Assembly: GCA_963674745.2 (NCBI GenBank)
Contig: CAXXDV010000003.1
Span: 256,001 to 320,000 of the forward strand
Reading direction: 5' to 3'
Origin: Desulfosudaceae bacterium
GTDB taxonomy: Bacteria > Desulfobacterota > Desulfobacteria > Desulfobacterales > Desulfosudaceae
Length of the DNA: 64,000 nt
Shown: positions 27,930 to 37,695 of the stretch, in pieces
How the letters are laid out: the number at the start of each line of letters is the position of its first letter
Position numbering within the stretch: the first letter of the stretch is position 1
Notes under the pieces: model-generated
Databases searched by the model: none
Told to the model about the DNA's origin: nothing
Seen by the model: the letters and a program-made list of their open reading frames with translations, nothing else
Made by a program: the position numbers and the translations under genes

Positions 27930-28769
27930 ATGACGGTAAATAAAAACAACGGATTTTCTTTTTCCAGTGGCTTGACGCTCGTCGAAATCATTGTCGCCAT
28001 GGCGGTTTTTTCAATTGCCATGACAGTGATCATCAGGACATTTGTAAGCCAGCAGAATACGCTGGCTCATATCGATCATCGTTCGCAGATGAATATTAAC
28101 GCCCGTAATGCCATGCATATCCTTGAAAGTCATATCCAGATGATGGGGTTTTGCCCCGGAAGCGGGCTGGACAGTGCGGATGCCATGGATTTTTCGCAGG
28201 GCTGCCTGGCCGAGGGCGGGCAGATGGTTTTTTGCAGAAAAAACCCCGAACCCGGCAAACACCATGAAACGCAGACGATCAGCATTAATTTATATAAAGC
28301 CCATGATAAAGAGGGCTGCGGAGCTGACGGTCTGGCCGACAGTAAGGTAGGGGCCACCGGGTTGATCGTTCAGGGTGTCAGGGCGGCTGATGATATTGTG
28401 GCCATCCGCTTTGCCTATGCTTTTGATGATGATGGTGACGGCTGCCTGGATCTGTCGGCGGCTGATCATATTGTCTGGGCGGTGGACACGGACCAGGACG
28501 GCCGTCTGGATACCGCCCTGGATACGGATGATGACGGTGATGTGGACAGGGATGACAGCATCGGCGGTATTGATTTGGGTGATAAAATCCGCATCGGCCG
28601 TATCAGGGCGGTCAAGGCCTGGCTGCTGGTTCGGTCGCCATCTCCTTTGAAGGGCGCCAAGGACCAGCGGGAATTCGTGGTCGGTGACCGGCGCTGCAAA
28701 GTGGACGATTATTACGGACATGTGCTGCTGACGACGACGGTGCGCTGCAGGAATATGAATGACGGATGA
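27930..28769 (+). CDS. pilW: Type IV minor pilin, PilW family
   Basis: G|LTLVEIIVAM, I.MMGF.P, C-terminal TVRCRN; several DxDxDG loops. Confidence 0.82.
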   Translation: MTVNKNNGFSFSSGLTLVEIIVAMAVFSIAMTVIIRTFVSQQNTLAHIDHRSQMNINARNAMHILESHIQMMGFCPGSGLDSADAMDFSQGCLAEGGQMVFCRKNPEPGKHHETQTISINLYKAHDKEGCGADGLADSKVGATGLIVQGVRAADDIVAIRFAYAFDDDGDGCLDLSAADHIVWAVDTDQDGRLDTALDTDDDGDVDRDDSIGGIDLGDKIRIGRIRAVKAWLLVRSPSPLKGAKDQREFVVGDRRCKVDDYYGHVLLTTTVRCRNMNDG

Positions 28770-28770
28770 T

Positions 28771-28867
28771 GGGTTTTAGGTTCAAGGTTCAAGGTTCAAG
28801 GATTCGGGGTGGTTATGGAGATGTTCGCAAATATTGTAGGGGCACGGCGTGCCGTGCCCTTTTGTCA
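28771..28867. repeat. GGTTCAA heptamer array plus GTAG-type REP (28836-28859)
   Basis: 28823-28867 matches the reverse complement of 13092-13136 at 43 of 45 positions. Confidence 0.85.
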
Positions 28868-28902
28868 TGGTTATGCGTTTAAAGGCAAAGGAGGGGGAAA
28901 AA

Positions 28903-29307
28903 ATGTTTCAAAATAAAAAAGAAGCGCAGGCGGGTTTTTCCATGATTGAGGTGCTGATTGCGCTGAGTATTTTTGCCATCGGGTTTATGGCCATCACGTC
29001 GAGTGTGATTGCCGGTTCAAACGCCGGCCGTACGACCGCCATGGCTGATCAGGCTGTTTTCTGGGGGCAGCAGATTACGGAAAATTTGGCCGGGATACCG
29101 CTGGATGCGCCGGACCTGGATGGGGGCGGTCCGCTGACCATTGTGCGGGAAAACCAGAAGGCGGAAATCACCGTTTTTGACGCGGTTGATACAGATGGCA
29201 ACGGAAAAGACGACTATAAGTCCATCGGCCTGAAGGTGTGGGTTAAAAAAGGCGATGCCTATGCCCTGCGCATGGAGAATTATTACCGGCGATCTGTCAG
29301 GGATTAA
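28903..29307 (+). CDS. pilV: Type IV minor pilin, PilV family
   Basis: G|FSMIEVLIALSIFAIG; GGAGG SD. Confidence 0.82.
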   Translation: MFQNKKEAQAGFSMIEVLIALSIFAIGFMAITSSVIAGSNAGRTTAMADQAVFWGQQITENLAGIPLDAPDLDGGGPLTIVRENQKAEITVFDAVDTDGNGKDDYKSIGLKVWVKKGDAYALRMENYYRRSVRD

Positions 29308-29326
29308 TTTTTTTAAGGAGGTAGAT

Positions 29327-29878
29327 ATGAATACAGCAGTGAATGACAGGCCGGGGCAGGCGGGTACGATTATCGTTGTTACGCTTCTGGTCCTGGCGGC
29401 TTTAACGGTATCGTCACTGATGGCGGTTAATATGGCCGTCAGTGACGGTACTGTCATGAGAAACAGCAGGACCTACCGCTGTGACCTGTATCGGGCGGAA
29501 ACCGGCATTACGGTCGCCAAAGCGGCTCATACCGATTCCTGGCTGGCGTCGGATTCAATTCTGTTTGATTTGTCCGAGGGCAGTGCCGGTGTTACCGAGG
29601 AGGGCTTTTCCATTTCCGGGCTGGACGGCAATGACCTGCCGGCCATGGGGCGTTACGTGATCGCGCGTATTGAAACCGTGCCTGCCGCCGGGTCCCTGTC
29701 GGAAAAATTTTACCCTTTGAGCCACATGGCACCGATGCCCTCGGGATCCGGTTACAGTGCCATGAATTTTGAAATCCGGCGTTATGGCATCCTTTCAACC
29801 GGGTCTTCAAAAAAAGACAGACCCGATACCGGCGTCACGGTGGAGGCCGGGTTGTACAAGGTCTTTAACCGCTTTTGA
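29327..29878 (+). CDS. pilX: Type IV minor pilin, PilX family
   Basis: G|TIIVVTLLVLAAL lacking Glu5, YRAETGI; AAGGAGG SD; position directly before PilY1. Confidence 0.78.
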   Translation: MNTAVNDRPGQAGTIIVVTLLVLAALTVSSLMAVNMAVSDGTVMRNSRTYRCDLYRAETGITVAKAAHTDSWLASDSILFDLSEGSAGVTEEGFSISGLDGNDLPAMGRYVIARIETVPAAGSLSEKFYPLSHMAPMPSGSGYSAMNFEIRRYGILSTGSSKKDRPDTGVTVEAGLYKVFNRF

Positions 29879-30001
29879 TGGCGAAGCCACAAGCTCAATC
29901 TCTTCGTTGCGCTGCGTTTTTCGGATTTTCACGTACCTGTAAGTACGCTGCAATCCTCAAAACTTGCGCGCCTTGACCTTGAGCTTGTGGCTTGGCCATC
30001 A
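29876..30001. mobile_element. 126-bp palindromic MITE-like element
   Basis: 23-bp terminal IR TGATGGCGAAGCCACAAGCTCAA / TTGAGCTTGTGGCTTGGCCATCA (1 mismatch); central CGTAC-ctgtaa-GTACG. Confidence 0.7.
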
Positions 30002-30069
30002 CATAAGCGATTTTTTCAACCGGATATTTTCTATTGTTGTTATAGGGCATTTTTGAAGGGGGGATAATC

Positions 30070-33000
30070 ATGATACGTTTAAAACCGTTAATTACTGTTG
30101 GTCTGGCGGCCGTGTTGATGATGAGTATTTGTGCCCCGGCGGTTGCCGACGACAATGATATTTTCGGCTTTTCCTCGACCTATGTCGAGCCGAACATTTT
30201 GATCCTGTTTGACAATTCCGGCAGCATGAACACAACGGCGGTCAAGGATTGTCGCCAGGAATGCCTCAGACAGCGTTGTGATGAATGGGGAGAATGCGAA
30301 GCCTGGGAAGAACAGTGTTATCAGCGGCGTATCGGGGGCAGGTGGGTTGAAATCTGCCAGGATGTCTGTGTCAGTCGGCCCTGCAACCAGTGGGTGTGCT
30401 CGGAATGGGAGACCGTATGCGAGGAAAAGACCCGGATGACGGTGGCCCAGGAAACGGTCAAAGATATCATTGATCGTTATGGAGACACGAATCGTTTTGG
30501 CATCATGATTTTTCATGACAATACCAGTGATACCAGTAATGGCGGATATTTTGCCGAATTTAAGGGAAAATACCCGGTCTGCGAAGTCAAGGACAGGTTT
30601 ATCCGTGATGATGCGGGCGACTTGAAAACCGGCGCTGCCTATGAACAGGCGATTGTTGATTATAAAGCCTATTTGAAAAGCTTTGTGGATACATTGACGC
30701 CGCGCACGTACACGCCCCTGGCCGAGACCCTGGCTGAAGCCGGACTGTATTTTGCCGAAAAGCCTTCCTGGTTTAATGCCGAAACCGGCACCTATCCCGT
30801 AAGCGGCCGGTATCCCGATGCTGTTGTGGATGCCTATAACCCGGACCAGACCCACCCGCCCATCGAACACCGCTGTCGGAAAAATTATATTATTCTCATG
30901 ACCGACGGTGAACCGACCCGTGATGACGCGCCGGTATTAAAAGGAAAGTACATCAATGACGATTTTATCGCAGGCGGGAAGCTGCCGGCACTGGATGATG
31001 TGGCCGGTTATCTGCACGATAATGATATCAATGTCAACTTTGATACCCCGGATTTTTCTCAGAATATTATGGTCTATGCCATTGGTTTTCAGGGTGGCGA
31101 CACGGCCCTGCTTCAGGACACCGCCGATCGGGGAACCGGTGCCGGAAACAACAAGAACGTGGATGACGGAGGGCTTTATTTTAATGCCACCAGCCCGGAA
31201 GACCTGGATCGGGCTTTTGAAACGATCATGTTTAATATCAGCGAGCGCCGGACGCTTTTTGCCGCTCCGGTTGTTCCGGTCAGTCACAGCAGTAAAGCCT
31301 ATGCCGGTGACAATGTGTACATGGCCTTATTCCAACCATCGGCCGAGGGACAATGGATCGGCAATCTGAAAAAATACAGCTTGAATCAAAACAATGCATT
31401 TTCTTCATGTAATACCCAGGTGCCCATTCTGGACGAGGCGGGTCAGATTAAAGACAGTGCCCGGTCCTGCTGGTCGGATACCTCTGATGGATATGCCGTG
31501 GACAAGGGCGGGGCAGGGGGAAAACTGTCGGAAAAGCCGGACCGGACACGACGGGTTTATGCCAACATCAGCCTTTTCCCGGACCTGACCCTGGGAATCA
31601 ACGCTTTTTCAAAAGAGAATACCGAACTCAGTGCCGATGATTTCAATGTCCCGGATAAAGCAGTGTTGATCGACCGGGTGCGCAGGGTAAATGATAGCTG
31701 GCGACTGGGTGATTTTAATCATTCACGCCCCGCAGTGGCCGTTTATGACGGGCCCTCAACTTATATTTTTGCCGGTGCCAACGACGGTATGCTGCATTGC
31801 TTTGATGATGCCGATGGCGATGAGGCCTGGGCGTTTATACCGGCGGAACAGTTCGGTCGCTTAAAAGAACTCTCAGCCAGCGAGCATAAATACTTTATGG
31901 ACGGCTCTCCCGCGATTGCCGACACGGAAAAAGGACCTAGAATCCTCGTCTGCGGTGAACGGCGGGGCGGCAATCACTATTATGCCCTTGATATTTCCGA
32001 TATCAACCGGCCTCAATCTCTTTATACCCATACCATTGAAGGCCAGTCCTGGAAAACGCCCCAGTTCATGCGGGTTGCCACAGGACCGGAAACACGGCTC
32101 GAGGTGTTTCTGATTACCGGCGGTTATGACCAGGCGGTTGATGGCGATCAGCCGGCGGAAGTCGGCCGTTCCGTGTATACCATTAATGCGGTATCCGGAG
32201 AAAAACAGGGGTTTTCGGCGGATTCTGAAGATTTTGATGCCATGAGCTGTATTGTCAGTGCTTCGGGCCTGGATATGATCGATGACGGAATTTTTGTCGT
32301 AAATCAGATTTACGCGGCTGACATGGCAGGGTATTTATATGCCTTCAGAGACAACAACAACCCGGAGGCCCCTGGCGCCCTGGATGGTCAATGGCAGAAG
32401 ATGCATTTGTTTTCGGTCGTATCCGACGGCAAAAAAATATTTGAAGATGTCGATGTTGTTCCTGAAAAGATCAAAGTATTTAACACCGGGGACAATCAGT
32501 GGGAACGGGTATCCGGCGATTATGTCTATTTCGGCACCGGTGACCGTGCCAATCCCCTGCGGACAGATCAACAGAACCGGTTTTATTGTATTAAAAATGA
32601 CTGGCGCACCGGCCCTTTGACCGTAACGGGCGTGGTGGGTGAGTATCCCACCCTGGATGATGACCCTGGTGGAGATCCGGACGGAGATGATGAGGCCCCG
32701 GTTATTATAAATGTGACCGACAATAAGATTCAGGACGGTACCGCAGAGGAACAGCTGGCGGTCAGGCAGGCACTTGAAGCGAATTACAACCGGGGATGGT
32801 TTATTGATCTGGAACACACTGGTGAGAAATGCCTGTCCACGCCAATTGTATTTGACGGAGTGGTGTATTTTACAAGCTATACTCCCGCGCTAGATGCAAA
32901 TGCCAATGGCGATCCCTGCGCATCAAACAATCCGGGCGCAGGCGTCTCCCGGCTTTATGCGGTTGATTACAGAACCGGCGCGGCTGTTTGTGATTTCGGC

Positions 33001-33189
33001 GGTGATGACAAACTGGACAAGGACGACCGGAGCAAACAGATACTGGACGACCTGGTATCAATCGCACCGTCACCAAAGATCTTTATTTCCGATCGTGGGC
33101 CGAAACTGATTGTCGGCCCTCACAGCGAGGATCCGAAATCGGATCTGGAGGGGGTAAGGCGGTTCTACTGGAAAATCCACGAAGAATAA
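30070..33189 (+). CDS. pilY1: PilY1/PilC type IV pilus tip adhesin (vWA domain plus beta-propeller)
   Basis: PNILILFDNSGSM MIDAS, TPLAETL, IILMTDGEPT, LGDF.HS.P, GANDGMLH, YFMDGSP, YFGTGDR. Confidence 0.92.
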   Translation: MIRLKPLITVGLAAVLMMSICAPAVADDNDIFGFSSTYVEPNILILFDNSGSMNTTAVKDCRQECLRQRCDEWGECEAWEEQCYQRRIGGRWVEICQDVCVSRPCNQWVCSEWETVCEEKTRMTVAQETVKDIIDRYGDTNRFGIMIFHDNTSDTSNGGYFAEFKGKYPVCEVKDRFIRDDAGDLKTGAAYEQAIVDYKAYLKSFVDTLTPRTYTPLAETLAEAGLYFAEKPSWFNAETGTYPVSGRYPDAVVDAYNPDQTHPPIEHRCRKNYIILMTDGEPTRDDAPVLKGKYINDDFIAGGKLPALDDVAGYLHDNDINVNFDTPDFSQNIMVYAIGFQGGDTALLQDTADRGTGAGNNKNVDDGGLYFNATSPEDLDRAFETIMFNISERRTLFAAPVVPVSHSSKAYAGDNVYMALFQPSAEGQWIGNLKKYSLNQNNAFSSCNTQVPILDEAGQIKDSARSCWSDTSDGYAVDKGGAGGKLSEKPDRTRRVYANISLFPDLTLGINAFSKENTELSADDFNVPDKAVLIDRVRRVNDSWRLGDFNHSRPAVAVYDGPSTYIFAGANDGMLHCFDDADGDEAWAFIPAEQFGRLKELSASEHKYFMDGSPAIADTEKGPRILVCGERRGGNHYYALDISDINRPQSLYTHTIEGQSWKTPQFMRVATGPETRLEVFLITGGYDQAVDGDQPAEVGRSVYTINAVSGEKQGFSADSEDFDAMSCIVSASGLDMIDDGIFVVNQIYAADMAGYLYAFRDNNNPEAPGALDGQWQKMHLFSVVSDGKKIFEDVDVVPEKIKVFNTGDNQWERVSGDYVYFGTGDRANPLRTDQQNRFYCIKNDWRTGPLTVTGVVGEYPTLDDDPGGDPDGDDEAPVIINVTDNKIQDGTAEEQLAVRQALEANYNRGWFIDLEHTGEKCLSTPIVFDGVVYFTSYTPALDANANGDPCASNNPGAGVSRLYAVDYRTGAAVCDFGGDDKLDKDDRSKQILDDLVSIAPSPKIFISDRGPKLIVGPHSEDPKSDLEGVRRFYWKIHEE

Positions 33190-33267
33190 AGAGCGTAAAT
33201 GTTGTTTTTGTGAGTGAAATCCAGCGAGGCAGCCGGTGCACCTGCAAGTTGCAGGGCGTGAACTTAT

Positions 33268-33325
33268 GTAGGGGCACCCCCCTGTGGGTGACCTTTCAAG
33301 GGCGGCCACAGGGGGCCGCCCCTAC
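33268..33325. repeat. GTAG-type REP doublet
   Basis: GTAGGGGCACCCCCCTGTGGGTGACC...GGGCGGCCACAGGGGGCCGCCCCTAC. Confidence 0.85.
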
Positions 33326-33364
33326 AACATTCGCTGAAATTGTACATTAAGGGGGAAACCAGAA

Positions 33365-33631
33365 ATGGAAAAATTTCGAATCTCAAGGAAAGCTTTGACC
33401 GTTTGTTGGGGGTGTCTCATTTGTGCCATGCTGGCGATAACCTGTCCCACATTGGCAGATGCCGAAAAGACTGACATGCCTTCGGGCAAGATTGTTTTTG
33501 AAGATAAAAAGACCGGGGTGAAAATCATAAAAACCAGGGCTGGTGTGATTTTAAAGATCACAACCGACGAGCAGGGCAGGGTAAGGGTTGAAGAACTCGA
33601 AGATGAACCGGCAAAATCAGCAGGCCGGTAA
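33365..33631 (+). CDS. Small exported hypothetical protein
   Basis: GGGGGA SD, signal-peptide-like N-terminus, 88 aa. Confidence 0.55.
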   Translation: MEKFRISRKALTVCWGCLICAMLAITCPTLADAEKTDMPSGKIVFEDKKTGVKIIKTRAGVILKITTDEQGRVRVEELEDEPAKSAGR

Positions 33632-33687
33632 GCAGTAATATGTAGCGAATTTCATCTTGCACAAGGAGCCAGGGGCTCGGGTCCCGG

Positions 33688-33918
33688 TCAACTTACCTGC
33701 TTTATGGAAACCGCGCCAATGGGGCAGGCTTCGATACAATCCCAGCATCCCATGCACATGTCCTGAAAAACCATGGGCGGTTCAAATGGGCCGTCGATCT
33801 GTTTAAACACTTTATGTTCACAAACCGACACCGGGGCGCAGCGCCCGTTGTCAGGATCACATTCACGGGGCCGGCATTTATCATAGTCCACAATGGCAAA
33901 TGTTTTTTTGGGCTGCAT
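33688..33918 (-). CDS. Small 4Fe-4S ferredoxin-like protein
   Basis: AIVDYDKCRPREC...CMGCWDCIEACP; AAGGAG SD before ATG 33918. Confidence 0.8.
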   Translation of the reverse strand: MQPKKTFAIVDYDKCRPRECDPDNGRCAPVSVCEHKVFKQIDGPFEPPMVFQDMCMGCWDCIEACPIGAVSIKQVS

Positions 33919-34304
33919 ACGGATATTCTCCTTCAAAAAACCATCGACTTCACTGAACATTATACAATTTGTTTACTGCCACTTGTTTTCTTTATACTTC
34001 ATAACGGCCCGATGATGCAACGACCGGCATTGCCATGATTTTCCATAATATTTTCGATAAAATAAACCCGAACAGGGGTCGTTATTATGCCGCTGTTGCC
34101 CTTTGATTTTCGTGTCAACAAATCGATATTATTGAGTTTTAACGCATCATTCGTGATCAGGGGGCCCCTTTTTGTTTTCCCCGGAAAAGGATCCGCGTTT
34201 CCTCAGAATTAGGTTGAATTGACCGGCTATAAGTAATACTGATATTTAACACAGAAATTAAGCTATTCTTAGTTAATGCGTTCTAAATTGTGAAACGGGG
34301 GAGC

Positions 34305-35822
34305 ATGAATCAGAAAATCGGTTTTGACAACGACAAGTATCTTGAGGAGCAGACCAAGGCGATTCTGGAAAGAGTTCAGCGGTTTAACGATAAGCTGTAC
34401 CTTGAATTCGGTGGCAAGCTGTTATTTGACTATCATGCCGCGCGGGTGCTGCCCGGATTTGATCCCAACGTCAAAATGAGGCTCCTCCAGAAGCTTAAAG
34501 ATAAGATTGATGTGATTCTTTGCATCTATGCCGGGGATATTGAGCGGAAAAAAGTACGCGCTGATTTCGGCATTACCTATGATTCCGACACCCTGAAAAC
34601 CATTGATGATTTTAAAGAATGGGGTATATCCATTACCGCTGTTGTGATTACCCGTTATGAAGACCAGCCCTCTGCCAAAACATTTAAGAACAAACTTGAG
34701 CGAAGAGGCGTCCGGGTATATACCCATTCATTTACAAAAGGGTACCCGACCAATATTGATCTGATCGTCAGCGACGCGGGTTACGGCGCCGATGAAATGA
34801 TCGAAACAACCAGTCCGATCGTGGTTGTGACCGGTCCCGGCCCGGGTAGCGGCAAGTTGGCGACATGCCTTTCCCAGATGTATCATGAATATAAAAAAGG
34901 CGTTAATGCCGGATATGCCAAATTTGAAACCTTTCCCATCTGGAACCTGCCCCTCAAGCATCCGGTCAATGTGGCCTATGAGGCGGCTACCGTTGATTTG
35001 AAAGACGTCAACCTGATCGATCATTTTCACCTGGAAGCTTACAACGAAAAAACAGTCAATTATAACCGTGACATAGATGCTTTTCCGTTGCTGAAACGGA
35101 TTATTGAGAAAATAACCGGCAAAGAAACGTTTTATAAATCCCCCACCGATATGGGGGTGAATCGTGCCGGGTTCGGTATTGTTGATGATGAGGTGGTGCG
35201 TGAAGCGGCCAAACAGGAAATCATCAGGCGTTATTTCAGGTCTTCGTGCGAATATGTCATGGGCCTGATTGATAAAGATGTGCTTGAACTCTCAGAGTTG
35301 ATCATGAAAAATATCGGCGCTGTGGCCGAAGACAGAAAAGTGGTCGCCCCGGCCAGAAAGGCGGCTGAGAAAGCGATGCAAAACGGCATGGGGAATAAAG
35401 GCATTTACTGTGGTGCGGCGATCGAATTGAAGGACGGCACCATCATCACCGCCGAAAATACCGAGCTCATGCATGCCGCCGCCAGCCTGACATTAAAAGC
35501 GATAAAATATCTGGCTGAAATTCCTGAGAAGCTGGATCTGTTTCCGCAGAATATTGTTGATTCGATTACGCATCTGAAGAAAGCCGTGCTACACGGTACG
35601 AAGACGGACCTTGATTTAAATGAAACCCTGATTGCCTTGAGCATAAGTACCATATCCAACCCCACCGCCCAGTTAACGCTGGAAAAACTTGAACTGCTCC
35701 ATGGATGCGAAGCCCATATAACGCATATCCCGACGCCCGGTGATGAAGCGGGTTTAAGAAAGCTCGGTGTCAACCTTACATCAGACCCCAATTTTTCTTC
35801 AAGGCGGCTATACATCAGCTAA
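34305..35822 (+). CDS. DUF1846 (UPF0371) family protein
   Basis: [76 protein letters not shown]. Confidence 0.9.
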   Translation: MNQKIGFDNDKYLEEQTKAILERVQRFNDKLYLEFGGKLLFDYHAARVLPGFDPNVKMRLLQKLKDKIDVILCIYAGDIERKKVRADFGITYDSDTLKTIDDFKEWGISITAVVITRYEDQPSAKTFKNKLERRGVRVYTHSFTKGYPTNIDLIVSDAGYGADEMIETTSPIVVVTGPGPGSGKLATCLSQMYHEYKKGVNAGYAKFETFPIWNLPLKHPVNVAYEAATVDLKDVNLIDHFHLEAYNEKTVNYNRDIDAFPLLKRIIEKITGKETFYKSPTDMGVNRAGFGIVDDEVVREAAKQEIIRRYFRSSCEYVMGLIDKDVLELSELIMKNIGAVAEDRKVVAPARKAAEKAMQNGMGNKGIYCGAAIELKDGTIITAENTELMHAAASLTLKAIKYLAEIPEKLDLFPQNIVDSITHLKKAVLHGTKTDLDLNETLIALSISTISNPTAQLTLEKLELLHGCEAHITHIPTPGDEAGLRKLGVNLTSDPNFSSRRLYIS

Positions 35823-36072
35823 CCTTGATGTTTTGTCGGATGGACAAAAAATTTTAAGAAAATTCTTGCAATCAGATAAGGCGCCCATTAAAGTGACTGA
35901 CATGTCAGTCAAGAAAATAAAGAGCACCAATCTCGCACTGGATTCCAGTGTCCACCGGAATGAAGAATATATCATGTCAATTTTATGCCGGATTTCCCGG
36001 TCAAGCCGGGCGATGACGGACGGTATTCGCGCAGGGCACTTTTTACATTCATTATAAAACTAAAGGGGGCTG

Positions 36073-36840
36073 ATGATGGTTTTAACCGAGTATAAATCGC
36101 CGGAAGAAATCAGGCATTCGCTTGGAAAAGCCCGGGGTGTTGTGGTGTTTTCCTGCAGCGGGTGCGCCAACATGAATGAGATCGGCGGCCGGCGCGGGTT
36201 AAAATTCATGAAAAAACGCCTTTCGGCATGGGGATATTCGGTTGTCGCCGGTGCAACCCCTCCCGGTATCTGCATGAACGCGGTTATGGAAAACGCGACT
36301 CATAAATGGATTCAGCCGAACAGATCAAAGGTGGACGCGCTTCTTGCCATCTGCTGTGCTGCGGGAATAAAAAACGCCGCTTATTTTAATCCCGATCTCA
36401 AGGTGGTTGCCGCTGCCGATCCCATGGGCGTGGAATGCCTGCTGCCCCACAATGCATATTATGAAGATGCCGGGGATTATATGGTGGCCCATGAACTGTG
36501 CCTGCCCTGCGGAAGCTGCGTTTTGTCCTTTACCACCGGGATCTGTCCGCTGGTGGCATGCCCGGCAAAATCAAAATACGGCTATTGCAAGAACCCGCCT
36601 TACCCGGGGAATGGTTGCACAGTTAAGCCTGATCAAAAATGCGTCTGGGCAATAATCGAAAAACGGGGTGGTGACCTCGAAGGCCTGGGGAAATTAAAAG
36701 AGATTCATGAAAATCCGGATTATGAAAGAATTCCTTCTATTGACACACCGCCCCGGACCGTAAAACAGCACACAATCGCAGGATACTGCGGCGGTCGGTC
36801 ACCATCATTCATATCGGATCTTTTACGCTGGGTAAGGTGA
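36073..36840 (+). CDS. MetV-like (MTHFR C-terminal-domain family) Cys-rich protein, copy 1
   Basis: CSGCAN...GG, CCAAG, C..CGSCVL..TTGICP...CP, CVW..I. Confidence 0.75.
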   Translation: MMVLTEYKSPEEIRHSLGKARGVVVFSCSGCANMNEIGGRRGLKFMKKRLSAWGYSVVAGATPPGICMNAVMENATHKWIQPNRSKVDALLAICCAAGIKNAAYFNPDLKVVAAADPMGVECLLPHNAYYEDAGDYMVAHELCLPCGSCVLSFTTGICPLVACPAKSKYGYCKNPPYPGNGCTVKPDQKCVWAIIEKRGGDLEGLGKLKEIHENPDYERIPSIDTPPRTVKQHTIAGYCGGRSPSFISDLLRWVR

Positions 36841-36882
36841 TCGTTTCTTATAAAGCCATCAGAAATTTAAGAGGGAATAAAC

Positions 36883-37656
36883 ATGTTTCAGACAAAATAT
36901 AAATCCGAGGAGGAGCTGCAATATTCGCTTCGGAATTTTCAGAAAGTGGGCATCATTTCCTGTAATGTATGCTGCAACCTGAGTGATTGCGGCGGACAAC
37001 AGGGGCTGGAATTGATGTCCGGGTTTTGCCGGAACTGGGGGAAAGCGGTCGTGGCGGACTGCCTGATTTTTGGCGGCTGTGTCGGTACGGTTCATGAGCA
37101 CGCGGTGAAAAAGCGGATATATCCTCATCAATCCGATATCGATGCGCTGGTTATGATCAGTTGCGCAGCCGGTATTAAAACGGCCAACCTCTACAGCCCG
37201 GGTCTCCCCGTGGTGGCGGCCTGCGATTCATTCGGATCTTATCCCCTGTCGCCGAGGCAGGGCCCCAATGACAGTCTTACGATACACACCTATTGCCCGA
37301 TATGCCCCGACGGTCATTGCGTCATGTCTTATACCGCCGGAATATGCCCGGTTGTGCTGTGCCCTGAAAAATGTCGCTATGGCTATTGTGAAAACCCGCC
37401 CCAATCCCCAAACAGGCAATGCACGAAAGATGAAAACATGGCATGCGTGTGGAAAACCATTGAAGAAACCATTGCGCAAAGAGGCGAAAGCCTTGATTCC
37501 CTGAAGGAATTAGAGCAGATCCACGCGGACAAAACCCTGCGGCGGATGCCGACCCCTGAAACGGAACGGGCCGCCGGCTGGCAGATCAAAATGGCGCAAT
37601 GGTTCAGCCTGAATGTATTAAATCGCGTGGCGGATTCATTGCATGCCGCCAGGTGA
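36883..37656 (+). CDS. MetV-like (MTHFR C-terminal-domain family) Cys-rich protein, copy 2
   Basis: Same Cys pattern (CNVCCN...GG, SCAAG, C..C...CVM..TAGICP...CP, CVW..I); alignable with copy 1. Confidence 0.75.
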   Translation: MFQTKYKSEEELQYSLRNFQKVGIISCNVCCNLSDCGGQQGLELMSGFCRNWGKAVVADCLIFGGCVGTVHEHAVKKRIYPHQSDIDALVMISCAAGIKTANLYSPGLPVVAACDSFGSYPLSPRQGPNDSLTIHTYCPICPDGHCVMSYTAGICPVVLCPEKCRYGYCENPPQSPNRQCTKDENMACVWKTIEETIAQRGESLDSLKELEQIHADKTLRRMPTPETERAAGWQIKMAQWFSLNVLNRVADSLHAAR

Positions 37657-37695
37657 TCCCAACGCAAGCGAAAGCATTTTTTATAAGGAGAGGAC

